Translations under genes and position numbers: made by a program
Shown here: positions 51,600 through 63,232 of the stretch, one piece after another
How positions within the stretch are numbered: position 1 is the stretch's first letter
How the letters are laid out: every line of letters starts with the position of its first letter
The notes under the pieces: generated by a model
What the model was told of the DNA's origin: nothing
Seen by the model: only the letters and a program-made list of their open reading frames with translations
Database searches by the model: none
DNA from: Octopus bimaculoides
Taxonomy: Eukaryota
Direction: 5' to 3'
Length of the DNA: 64,000 nt
NCBI RefSeq assembly: GCF_001194135.2
Contig: NC_068985.1
Span: forward strand, 41,392,757 to 41,456,756

Positions 51600-52060
51600 A
51601 TCAGCTGTGTCTTGTTGAACTGTCATCTGTCGAAATAGCGAGAGTTACCACGTACGAGGTATATAATGTAAACCCATAAACATGTCCATATAGTTAACAA
51701 ACCAGTTGGCTACTATGCGTACATTATTATCAAGCAGAGGACAATTCTTAGACAGACATTTTCTCGGTGAAATCTCGGAGTACAACAGCAGTGTAACCAG
51801 TTCTTCTAAATGGACTACCTGGAACATCGCAACAGTAATTCTGTCGTCAAAGGGCAACCACTTTAGAAAGCCTGTTTCCGCTGGAACTGTTAACATTCTT
51901 TTGGGGGTTATTAAAAGGCCAGTGTCTGGCTGAGGATGTTCGAAAGACTTTATCCATTTGTATCATTTACAACTGCTTGGTGTTGGGCGTCCTAACACCT
52001 GTTTCACAGTATCTGTTGTTTTTACAGATTTTATCTGTGAGTCGGTGAGTTCGGGTCTGG
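51600..52060 (-). mobile_element. Decayed APE-type LINE endonuclease region (RTE-X/CR1-like)
   Basis: GFL..DRITVAMFQG.P..LLLYS, LWT; resembles the RI.IA.F.GNP..YSP motif. Confidence 0.5.
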
Positions 52061-52349
52061 TTGGTTGGGATGACCTTTAGTGAGCAATTAAATCCTACAG
52101 ACAGCTTTTTTCGGTGCTGATATTAACAAATCTCCTTTTTTTTTTTTGTGGCTTTGAGATGGAAAATGAGTAAAAAATTGAAGGGGAGAAAAGAGGCGAA
52201 GAAGACAGAAACGGGGAGAAGGGAGAGAAGAGGAGAGGAGAAATAAGGGGAGTAGAGAGCGAAGAGAGAAAAGACAAGCAACAAAGAAAGAAAAGTATGG
52301 AATATGTGCTATTACGTGTATAATGATATTGAAAGAAAGGGAGAGAGAG

Positions 52350-52839
52350 GGAGGGAGAGAAGGAGAGGGATTGAGAATGAGTGTGTATGTGTAAGAGAGA
52401 AAGCGTGTGCGGGAGAGTGTGTGTGTAGGTGTGAGTTAGTAAGACAGAGAAAGAGAGAGAGAGAGACNNNNNNNNNNNNNNNNNNNNNNNNNNNNNNNNN
52501 NNNNNNNNNNNNNNNNNNNNNNNNNNNNNNNNNNNNNNNNNNNNNNNNNNNNNNNNNNNNNNNNNNNNNNNNNNNNNNNNNNNNNNNNNNNNNNNNNNNN
52601 NNNNNNNNNNNNNNNNNNNNNNNNNNNNNNNNNNNNNNNNNNNNNNNNNNNNNNNNNNNNNNNNNNNNNNNNNNNNNNNNNNNNNNNNNNNNNNNNNNNN
52701 NNNNNNNNNNNNNNNNNNNNNNNNNNNNNNNNNNGGAGGGAGAGAAGGAGAGGGATTGAGAATGAGTGTGTATGTGTAAGAGAGAAAGCGTGTGCGGGAG
52801 AGTGTGTGTGTAGGTGTGAGTTAGTAAGACAGAGAAAGA

Positions 52840-52872
<33 letters not shown>

Positions 52873-52995
52873 TGAGTGAGAGAGAAGGAGAGGGATTGAG
52901 AATGAGTGTGTATGTGTAAGAGAGAAAGCGTGTGCGAGAGAGTGTATGTGTAGGTGTGAGTTAGTAAGACAGAGAAAGAGAGAGACAGAGAGAGA
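52350..52995 (+). repeat. Minisatellite with ~115-145 bp unit, at least 3 copies spanning a gap
   Basis: GAGAAGGAGAGGGATTGAGAATGAGTGTGTATGTGTAAGAGAGAAAGCGTGTGCG...GTGAGTTAGTAAGACAGAGAAAG occurs at ~52355, ~52742 and ~52882. Confidence 0.9.
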
Positions 52996-53215
52996 GAGAG
53001 GGGGGGGGAGAACACTCGAAAGAAAAGATCACTTGAACCACATCTGGAGTCGTCAGGTTTGGTAAGTAATATTGTGTTCTTGTCAAATTTATAAACACGG
53101 AAACGTCTACGCATGAATATAATAATAAAAAACCTATGATGATGATGATGATGATGATCATGATCATGATCATCATCATCATCATCATCAACAATACCAG
53201 CAACAACAACAAATG

Positions 53216-53285
<70 letters not shown>

Positions 53286-54041
53286 GCTTTCTGCGCAATC
53301 CTCTTCTAGTTCTATTATCACAACCTATACAGCACATGCACAACCAGAATCTGCGAGTAAACAAGAACAGGACTGAAAAACAGGGCGAACAAAGAGTCAT
53401 GCAACGCCCATTCCGATACGATTCGTCATTGCATGCTGGGGTGTTCAGTGTGGTTGTTGAGCAGACAGAGATATGGGAGCAGAACCATGTAGGTTGCATA
53501 TCATCGCTTGACCGACAACCTCATCGGCACAGGACTGATTGGTCAAGGCTGACAGGGAGCCACAACAACAACAAAAGCAACGTCAACAACAGCCACAACG
53601 GCAACAATAAAAAGTAAAGTTTCGGAAATATCGATGACAATTCAAAGCGAACAAGATCTGGGAGAGAAAGGCTTTCAGTGCAGCAAAATCAAAAGGGAGG
53701 CTGCAACGCCAACTGCTCTCCTGACCATCAGGACAGCTCAAAGTCGAGATCAGTGGAAAAAAAAGTCGTCGATGGCCCATGCGCCATAGGCAGCGAAAGG
53801 CTTAAGTAAATACCTTGGACTATGGATAGTGGCCTTGGTGATCGGGGTCATCATGGAACTGTGGGGTTCTTTGAGTGACTTGAACTGGAACTTCTCTTCT
53901 ATCAGGACGACTGTATCATTTGTAGGTTCCTATATTTTGTATACTATTTATATTTCTCGTCTCATTACTTCCCTACTCCCTTTTTATATAACCCCCACTC
54001 CTATACACAATTTGTAATGTCCTCCTCATCCGGTACATAAA

Positions 54042-54085
<44 letters not shown>

Positions 54086-54879
54086 GATAGTATTAGTAGC
54101 AGCAGCAGTAGTAATAGCTGCAGTAGCAGTAGTAGTAGCAGTAACAGTAGCAACACCAGCAACAGCAACAGCAGCAGCAGCAGCAGCAGCTGCAACAGCA
54201 GCAGTAGTAGTTCGGATAAATAAATGGAAGTCTTTAATATATCTTCTGATATTATGTTGTTCTGTTTTCTTTTTTTATCTATTTATTCATTTATATACAT
54301 ATTTATTATATTCAATCATTCATTTTGGTGGTGGTGCTGGTGGTGGTTGGGGGGGAAATTTTGCCAGAAATTCTCCAAGGGGAATTCCCAACTGCCATCC
54401 AGTTAATTAGAAACATTATTATTAATATGGCTTTGTCGTACAAAGGTGTGTTTGTTGTGGTTACAACGCCTCTACCAATGGCTGCCGTCATTCAAACTTC
54501 TCAATCACCAATGACCTTCTTCCTCTCTTTCTTCCGCACTCACTTTCTTCCACTTTTCTTCAGTTCCTTCCCTCGCTCCATCTCTCCGTCTCTCCGTCTC
54601 TCTCTCTCTCTCCCTCTCTCTCTATCTCTCTCTCTGTCTTTTACTCTCCTCTCTTTTTCTTTCTATCTTCTTTGCTTTATGTCTCGTGTTTTCTTTTTTT
54701 TTCTTTTTATACTTTTTGTCTCTTTATCTTCCCTTTTTATCCAGGCTTCTTTATCTTTCTTCTGTGTTCTTCTTGGCATATTTGCTGGATTGTAAACCAA
54801 GGATGAGGGCTAGTTGATCAAATCTTCCTTCAAACAACAAATTACATTGCTGAAACATAATTATTATAATTATAAACTA

Positions 54880-54963
54880 ATTATATTGGATTGGCGAATA
54901 ATTAGACCGTTAAGCAAAATGCAGCGCGGTATTTACTCCGGCTCTTTACGTTCTAAGTTCAAA
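54880..54963 (+). mobile_element. SINE-A 5' part, truncated by the adjacent SINE-B
   Basis: TTGGCGAATAATTAGACCG..AAAATGCAGCGCGGTATTT..TACGTTCTAAGTTCAAATC. Confidence 0.65.
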
Positions 54964-55143
54964 TCCTCTTTTACTTGTTTCAGTCATTTGACTGCGGCCA
55001 TGTTGGAGCACCGCCTTTAGTCGAGCAAATCGACCCTCAAGACTTCTTCTTTGTAAGCCTAGTACTCATTCTATCGGTCTCTTTTGCCGAACCACGAAGT
55101 TACGGGGACGTAAACACACCAGCATCGGTTGTCAAGCGTTGTT

Positions 55144-55178
<35 letters not shown>

Positions 55179-55354
55179 TATACATATATACGACGGGTTT
55201 CTTTCAGTTTCCGTCTACCAAATCCACTCACAAGGCTTTGGTCGGTCCGAGGCTATAGTAGAAGACACTTGCCTAAGGTGCCACGCAGTGGGACTGAACC
55301 CGGAACCATGTGGCTAGTAAGCAAGCTACCTACCACACAGCCACTCCTGCGCCT
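54964..55354 (-). mobile_element. SINE-B, full length, with internal (TG)n
   Basis: 5' and 3' modules joined through a microsatellite at ~55147-55190. Confidence 0.92.
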
Positions 55355-55507
55355 GCTAAAGTAAACTTTACCTTTCATCACTACGAGGTCGATAAGATAC
55401 AGTGTGGTTCTTAGGTAGAGAGCAATACAGGGCAACTGAGGTAGAAATAATTAACTATACTCCTATCCCCAAACTGGTATTTTTGTGTCTTATGCTAAAA
55501 ACAATAA

Positions 55508-56118
55508 GGATGGTTGCTTGATAGAATCATTAAAGCGACGTGGGGTGAGAAGCCTTGCGGTATTTATTTCGACTCTTTATGTTTTGGATTCAAATCCCGC
55601 CGGGGTCGACTTTGTGTTTCATTTTCCTGGATCGTTAAAATAATGTACTAGTCATATCCCGCAAAATTGTAACCTTGTGCCCATCTTAGAATCTATCATA
55701 ATTATATTGGTATCAAATTTTGGCACCAGGCCAGCAATTTAGAGGAGGGAGTAAGTCGATTACATCGACCTCAGTACTCAACTGGTACTGACTTTATCGA
55801 CCCGGAAAGGATGAAAGGTAAAATCAACCTCGGCGGATTTTGAACTCAGAACGCAAAGACGGATGAAATGCCATTAAGCATTTTGTCCTGCTTGCTAGCG
55901 ATTCTGTTGTACTCAATGTACAAGGCCTGAAATTTTGGGGGTGGGGGCCAGTCGATTAGATCGACTCCAGCACGCAACTGATAATAAATTTATGGACCCC
56001 GAAATGATGAGAGGCAAAGTCGACCACGGCGAAATTTGAACTCAGAACATAAAGACAGACGAAATGCCGTTAAGCACATTGCCTGGCTTGCTAGTGATTC
56101 TGCCAGCTCGCTGCCTTA
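55508..56118. mobile_element. SINE-A cluster: plus copy 55508-55692; minus tandem pair 55705-55898 and 55905-56118
   Basis: Three bodies. The first two are tail-to-tail (inverted). Confidence 0.85.
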
Positions 56119-56328
56119 GAAACTAATTTAATATTATATTCTCCTTTGTTCTTACTTCCTTACAGTGTTTTGTTCAAATATTGAGATAGATATTCTAGAC
56201 CATATATTCAAATAAATACGCGCGCATGCCGGCATCCATACACATATATATATGCGCGCGCACACATACACGTACACAGAAGCACATGCCGAGTTAAAGA
56301 CAGCCATACACACACACGCGCGCACACA

Positions 56329-56361
<33 letters not shown>

Positions 56362-56497
56362 CGTATACAAATCAGCCGGAAACTCCGAGCAGCAGCGAAA
56401 TAGTGAAGATTAGTTACCAACAAATGAATATATTAGTATACTACTACTACTACTACTACTGTTGCTGCTGCTACTGCTGCTGCTGCTACTGCTGCTG

Positions 56498-56531
<34 letters not shown>

Positions 56532-57342
56532 CACTACTACTACTACTGCTGCTGCTACTTACTACATAAGTAGCACGCCTTCAAACGCAAGAATACTCAA
56601 TACCAAGTTAGGAAACCGAAAGTATGTATTAGTGGAAATACACTTTTGAAAACCGAATCTAACAGATCAGCGGTAAAATAGATTAAAGCAGGACTTAAAG
56701 ATTTAAAGATTTAAAGTTGAATATCTTGGCAAACAGCTATTGATGCTGAGATGCCGTTAAGATCGTTTTGATGCCTCCATGTGGTTTAAATATTAACTCA
56801 CATTATTAAATCTTGTCAAATGTNNNNNNNNNNNNNNNNNNNNNNNNNNNNNNNNNNNNNNNNNNNNNNNNNNNNNNNNNNNNNNNNNNNNNNNNNNNNN
56901 NNNNNNNNNNNNNNNNNNNNNNNNNNNNNNNNNNNNNNNNNNNNNNNNNNNNNNNNNNNNNNNNNNNNNNNNNNNNNNNNNNNNNNNNNNNNNNNNNNNN
57001 NNNNNNNNNNNNNNNNNNNNNNNNNNNNNNNNNNNNNNNNNNNNNNNNNNNNNNNNNNNNNNNNNNNNNNNNNNNNNNNNNNNNNNNNNNNNNNNNNNNN
57101 NNNNNNNNNNNNNNNNNNNNNNNNNNNNNNNNNNNNNNNNNNNNNNNNNNNNNNNNNNNNNNNNNNNNNNNNNNNNNNNNNNNNNNNNNNNNNNNNNNNN
57201 NNNNNNNNNNNNNNNNNNNNNNNNNNNNNNNNNNNNNNNNNNNNNNNNNNNNNNNNNNNNNNNNNNNNNNNNNNNNNNNNNNNNNNNNNNNNNNNNNNNN
57301 NNNNNNNNNNNNNNNNNNNNNNNNNNNNNNNNNNNNNNNNNN

Positions 57343-58582
57343 ACCAAAATTACATAAAAGTATCTTGAAATATAAAGGAGTAAATTTATTCAAAATCGCC
57401 AATGATTTCAACCACAGCCTCCAGACAACTTCGGAATCTCCTGCAATTCTTCTGGACGGTCTCCCTCTTTAAGTTGGTGAATGCTGCCATAATCCTTTCT
57501 TTCAGTTAATCTTTGATGTTACAAGGAGTTTTGTTGGTCTCTCGCTCAACTGTGCCCCACACATAAATAATCAAGGGAGTTGCAGTCTGGGGAGTTAGTG
57601 GCCAGATGTTACGGGTGATGTGGTCGCAGAAATTGTCTGACAGGCATGACTGAGTTCTCCTGCTTATGTGGCATAGTACAGAGTCTTGTTGCCAGTCATA
57701 GAGTCTTCCAGCTGCCACCATCTTGACCCAGGGCAGCACTACCTCCTCCAGGCACATGATGTAGGTCTTTGTGTTGAGTCTGAGGCCGTGTGGGAAGATG
57801 AATCGAGGCATAACGTCTCCATCACTAGTGATCACTCCAAATACCATGATGTTGACTGGATGTTTGATATTTATCACTCTCGGTACATGTTTTGGGTACA
57901 CGACAAGCCAACGGTTGTTCTGTGTTCATCTTCTGATCCCGGCAGAAATTTTTCTCGTCTGAGAAAAACCAAAGCATGTTCGGTTGGAGGGAATGCTCGA
58001 GTTTGTTCAAAAGCTTCTTAGCACTGNNNNNNNNNNCTCGAGTTTGTTCAAAAGCTTCTTAGCACTGTCTTGAACTCTTGTCCTTGATATCTTGAGATAA
58101 AGATTGGCCCTTTCTCATTTGGTATGAGAAATACCGAATGTCTTCATGCATTACCTGTCTGATAAGAAACTTAGACACTCCCATGTCCCTGGCGATGGAC
58201 CTGATTAACTTCGAGAGATCGTTGTCAATCATGGCCTGGATGTCTTTTCGTATCAGAATGATCAAAGTGAGTTTTTCGTGCAGTCGTACCTTCGTAATCA
58301 CCATTAGACTCATCCAACTCTTGCCTAATCCCCTGCATTGTCCTCAGATTGACACCCAAACACTCTGAGATGTTCGTATTGGAGCTTCTGGCGCGAATGC
58401 CAAGCAGTGCAGCATGTCGATTCCAAATTTGTGGCAGAGTTAATTGCGTCATGGTGCTGTTTTTCACACAGACAGTACCCAACTGACCCTACTATACTGT
58501 GTAGTCGACAAAATCAATAACAAACAATGCGCATGAACGAAATAAAAAATATAAATGGCGACAATTTACCCATCGCACTCTG
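57343..58582 (-). mobile_element. maT (DD37D) element, near full length; 3' TIR lies in a gap
   Basis: WFFSDEKNF, VMVFGVITSDG and QQD-37 aa-D (DSVLCH...SPDCNSLD after correcting one frameshift). TIR GGCGACAATTTACCCATCGCACTCTG. Same family as 525-1399. Confidence 0.92.
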
Positions 58583-58597
58583 TGTGTATACACATAT

Positions 58598-58651
<54 letters not shown>

Positions 58652-58664
58652 ACATACATATATA

Positions 58665-59046
58665 AACTTTGATTTGTTTCGGTCATCTGACCGCGGCCAT
58701 GCTGGAGTACCGCCTTTAGTTGAACAAATCAACCCCAGGACTTACTCTTTGTAAGCCTAGTACTTATTCTATCGGTCTCTTTTGCCGAGCCGCTAGTGTT
58801 ACGGGGACGTAAACTCAGCAATATCGGTTGTCAAGTGATGGTGGGGGGACAGATGCACAAACACACACACACACACACACACATACGACGGGCTTCTTAC
58901 AGTTTCCGCCTACCAAATCCACTCACAAGGCTTTAGTCGGCTCGAGGCTATAGTAGAAAGCACTTGCCCAAGGTGCCACACAGTGGGACTGAACCCGGAA
59001 CCATGTGGTTGGTAAGCAAGCTACTTATCACACAGCCACTCCTGCA
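58665..59046 (-). mobile_element. SINE-B, full length, with internal (TG)n
   Basis: Same architecture as 54964-55354. Confidence 0.92.
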
Positions 59047-59172
59047 TAATCTATTTTTCTGTTTGCATTAGTGAAACCCGAAGTAGTGTAAAATATTGGG
59101 TTAAAAACGTTTTGGACAGAAAAGTTGAAGGCTACCCGTCAACACAGACACAGAGACACACACACACACACA

Positions 59173-59239
<67 letters not shown>

Positions 59240-60048
59240 NNNNNNNNNNACGCACACACGCACACACACACACACACACATACACATACATACACATACA
59301 TACATGTGTGTGTGTGTGTGTGAGTGTGTGTGTGTGAGTATGCACATTTGTTGTATGTTAAAGATGGTACCTACCGAGAAACTCTGAGTAATAATGGAAT
59401 TATTCGTCAGGAATACACTCTATGTGATGTGTTGCTATTTTTTTTTATTCTTCGACTGGTTTCAATAATCGGACTGCAGCCATGCTAGGCTTCTGCTACT
59501 AGAGTCTAAATCTGCAAGGGCTTTTGCTGGAATGGAATGCTTTGATGAAACGCATTGCAAGATGAGATTTAACCTGGGAGTGGTGGTGGTAATTTTGGTG
59601 GTGGGAAGTTAAAGCACAACAAAAACCATGCCTAAAACCCTGCTTCCAGTTCTTGAAACAAGTTCTCTATATCACTTCATTTTCTCTGCTATCCCACCCT
59701 CGAGGAAACGTGAAAATGAAAATATCCCATTTATTTCCTTACCTAAAAGACATAAAGGCCTTGTTTCTACTCAAAAGAACTAATATTTAGACAAGCATAT
59801 TTTTCAACATAACATCGAGTTATGTTATTCTTTTACGAAACACATTCCAAAGATGACTATACATGCATGTACACATATATGCATGCTTATTTACATACAT
59901 ACTAAACATACATATGTATGTTTGTGTATGTATACATATACATATATATATATATATATATATAATACAAAGGATATATGAGCATATGCATGTATACATA
60001 CATATATGTACATACCTACAAAAAAAACATGGACAAAAAAGGAATATA

Positions 60049-60084
<36 letters not shown>

Positions 60085-60581
60085 TGTATATGTATATAAA
60101 TTAAGCAGAAAATGGGCAAAATTGTTGCCTGTATCCTATGAGCATAGTATGCTTTGCATATGCATACTCAGGATTAACATAGGTACTTTATACCGGTAGT
60201 AAAAACGGATATTTTTATCCTTTAAACGATTATTCCAACTTTATCGATATATATATATATATATATATNNNNNNNNNNNNNNNNNNNNNNNNNNNNNNNN
60301 NNNNNNNNNNNNNNNNNNNNNNNNNNNNNNNNNNNNNNNNNNNNNNNNNNNNNNNNNNNNNNNNNNNNNNNNNNNNNNNNNNNNNNNNNNNNNNNNNNNN
60401 NNNNNNNNNNNNNNNNNNNNNNNNNNNNNNNNNNNNNNNNNNNNNNNNNNNNNNNNNNNNNNNNNNNNNNNNNNNNNNNNNNNNNNNNNNNNNNNNNNNN
60501 NNNNNNNNNNNNNNNNNNNNNNNNNNNNTATATATATATATATCGATAAAGTTGTTACATCGATAAAGTTTTGTAACCCAT

Positions 60582-60720
60582 ACAGGGATGGGTCACAAAA
60601 TTGCAAGCTCTGTTTTGTAGCAAAGTTCAAGATATGAACGCCGTCATATTGTAATAGAGTTGCCCTGATGACCTCAGGCTTGGACTCAGTAGTTACGCTT
60701 TGCAGCAAAGTAATCTATTG
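60582..60720 (-). mobile_element. Tc1/mariner-like terminal fragment
   Basis: TIR-like TACAGGGATGGGTCACAAAATTG. Minus strand EVIRATLLQYDGVHI resembles a Tc1 C-terminus. Confidence 0.45.
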
Positions 60721-61836
60721 AACTTTAGCCGCTAACACATAATGGCGGCGAATGTTGAATATTTTGGCAACTACAATCCCTCATGACCAATGAAATTCGG
60801 TCAATATAGTTCTTTGCACATATACCCTTTTATAATATATATTATGGCCAACGGATCACATGCATAGTCTATCTATGAGAAACTCCTACAATGGAATGGA
60901 ACACCAGCTGTTTCCCAGTGACTACAAACTCTACACCATGTGTATTGAGCACTCACTTATTTTGTTTATATACTTAAAAGTATTACATGTGCGAGCGCAC
61001 ACACACTCATACATACACACACAAGCACACACACACCACATACACACATGCATACGTACAAATGCATGTGTGTATGTGTGTATAAACGAGAAAGTTCGTT
61101 AAAAATGAACGACAAAATGACTGAGATTTAAAAAAGAAGACATATCCATTAACCCCAGATTATCCCTGCTCGAGTATATCTGTAATGAAAGACGCCCTCG
61201 TCATGATCATCTCTTACTTACTTTTGTGATCTCCGACGGCGTTGACATAGTCAAGGCATTCTTCATTCCTTTCTTAAGCGTGTCTAGAGTGTGACCTCAT
61301 TTAAAGTGAAGAACGAACTTTGAGTCATTTGTCATCCTCACAACTGAGCCCTAATCAGAAGGCTCACAGCAGAGTCTGGTAAAAGTACACAAGGGCCAGG
61401 TGGTGATATTAAAACGGTGCAACGTATTAAGTCTACTATCCAAGACAAGGTACAATTCAATCCAAGGTTTCTACCTACCTAATTTCACTTATAACGCATT
61501 GTTTGACCCCCGGGTATGGTAGAAGACATTTGGTCAAATAATTCTGCAGTGGGATACAGAGTTTTAGTCAAAACATTGCGCTTCGAATTGACGAAAATGA
61601 ATCATTACTTATTAGCGGTTAATGCAAATATGGCATTTCGTAAAATTTTGTTTCTTGTAGAAGATATATTTTTTCTGCCTAATATATGTCTGGCTTGAAT
61701 TATTGTGTTGTTGTTATTGAGACCAAGCAGAATGTGAGGCATATTACATCTCATCTAAAACGGGCTCAAACAATGTGCATGTGTGTATGTATGTGTGTGT
61801 GCATGTATGTATGTGTGTGCAAGTATGTGTGCGAAT

Positions 61837-61891
<55 letters not shown>

Positions 61892-62568
61892 GATATGCGT
61901 TTATGCGTATGTGTATGCATGCGTGAGGACCCGTATGTTTACGCGTATGTGTATGCATGCATGAAGACCTGTAAGTGTATAGACGCGTGTGTATATTTCT
62001 GGATATGCCTATGTACGTATATGCGTTTGCATATGTATGCATATGGACGTGTGCGTGTTTATATGCGTGCCTACATGCATGGAAATGCGTGTATACATGT
62101 ACGCGTATCTGTATATAATCACGTGTATGTATGTAATCATATGTACATGTGTGTAGACGCATACAAAAGATCTTAGAGCCTTAACTATGCGCCCTTGTAC
62201 GTATTCTTTCAGATGTTCCTAAATTCTTATCGCAATTATGACTTCCAAGCATGTGACACTCGCCTCACAACCGTTCTCATTATATTCATGTTATGAGAGG
62301 GGAAAGAAATCATCATAATGACGAAGCTTTTTATGAATTACTTGATGAAAAGCCTTGTTTGTTTAAGATTTCGTTGCTAAGGCACCATTAGTAAGCTGAG
62401 TATTTTTTTTATTTATTTATTAAAACCAACAATTGGCAAAGAAGTCAACCAAACAACGCACAGCAAAATCACGTAATTTCAGTAACTCATCAACACCAAC
62501 CTTACACTAAACTAGCGATGAAATGGATGGTACGAAATTACGATGATGCTTCTATGCGTGATTAAATA

Positions 62569-62750
62569 TCAGGTCATCCCATAAGTTCTGTCCGAATTTT
62601 GAATAAAGAAAACAAGTGATAAAATGTTTTATCTAATTGAAATTTTATCATCAATATACTTTCCCTGATTATCAATGACTTCCTTCCATCTATTTACAAG
62701 CTTTTTAATCTCATCAATGTAAAACTCTTTTGCATACAAAAATTAGAAAT
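62569..62750 (-). mobile_element. mariner 3' end
   Basis: KEFYIDEIKKLVNRWKEVIDNQGKYIDD. TIR TA|TCAGGTCATCCCATAAGTTCTGTCCG. Confidence 0.85.
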
Positions 62751-62850
62751 NNNNNNNNNNNNNNNNNNNNNNNNNNNNNNNNNNNNNNNNNNNNNNNNNN
62801 NNNNNNNNNNNNNNNNNNNNNNNNNNNNNNNNNNNNNNNNNNNNNNNNNN

Positions 62851-62882
<32 letters not shown>

Positions 62883-62930
62883 CACGATATTGGATACTGT
62901 GCGACGTATTCGATAATATAATAATAATAA

Positions 62931-63115
62931 TTTCAAAGTTTGGCACAAGGTCAACAGTTTCGGGGGTGGGGCGGATAAGTCGCTTACATCGATTCCAGTG
63001 ATCAACTGGTACATATTTTACGGACCAATAAATGATGAAGGGCAAAGTCAACCTCGGCGAAATGCCACTAAGCATTTTGCCCGGCGTGCTTGCGATTCTG
63101 CCAACTCGCAACCTT
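62931..63115 (-). mobile_element. SINE-A between (AAT)n tracts
   Basis: TTTGGCACAAGGTC..AAAGTCAACCTCGGCG (internal deletion)..CGATTCTGCCAACTCG. Confidence 0.85.
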
Positions 63116-63152
63116 AATAATAAAAATGATGATGATAATAATAATAATAATG

Positions 63153-63210
<58 letters not shown>

Positions 63211-63232
63211 TGATGATGATGATAATGATAAT

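Noticed and set aside
57996-58067. 31-bp perfect direct repeat CTCGAGTTTGTTCAAAAGCTTCTTAGCACTG inside the maT element
   Set aside because: It sits on both sides of a 10-N gap, the classic unmerged contig overlap.
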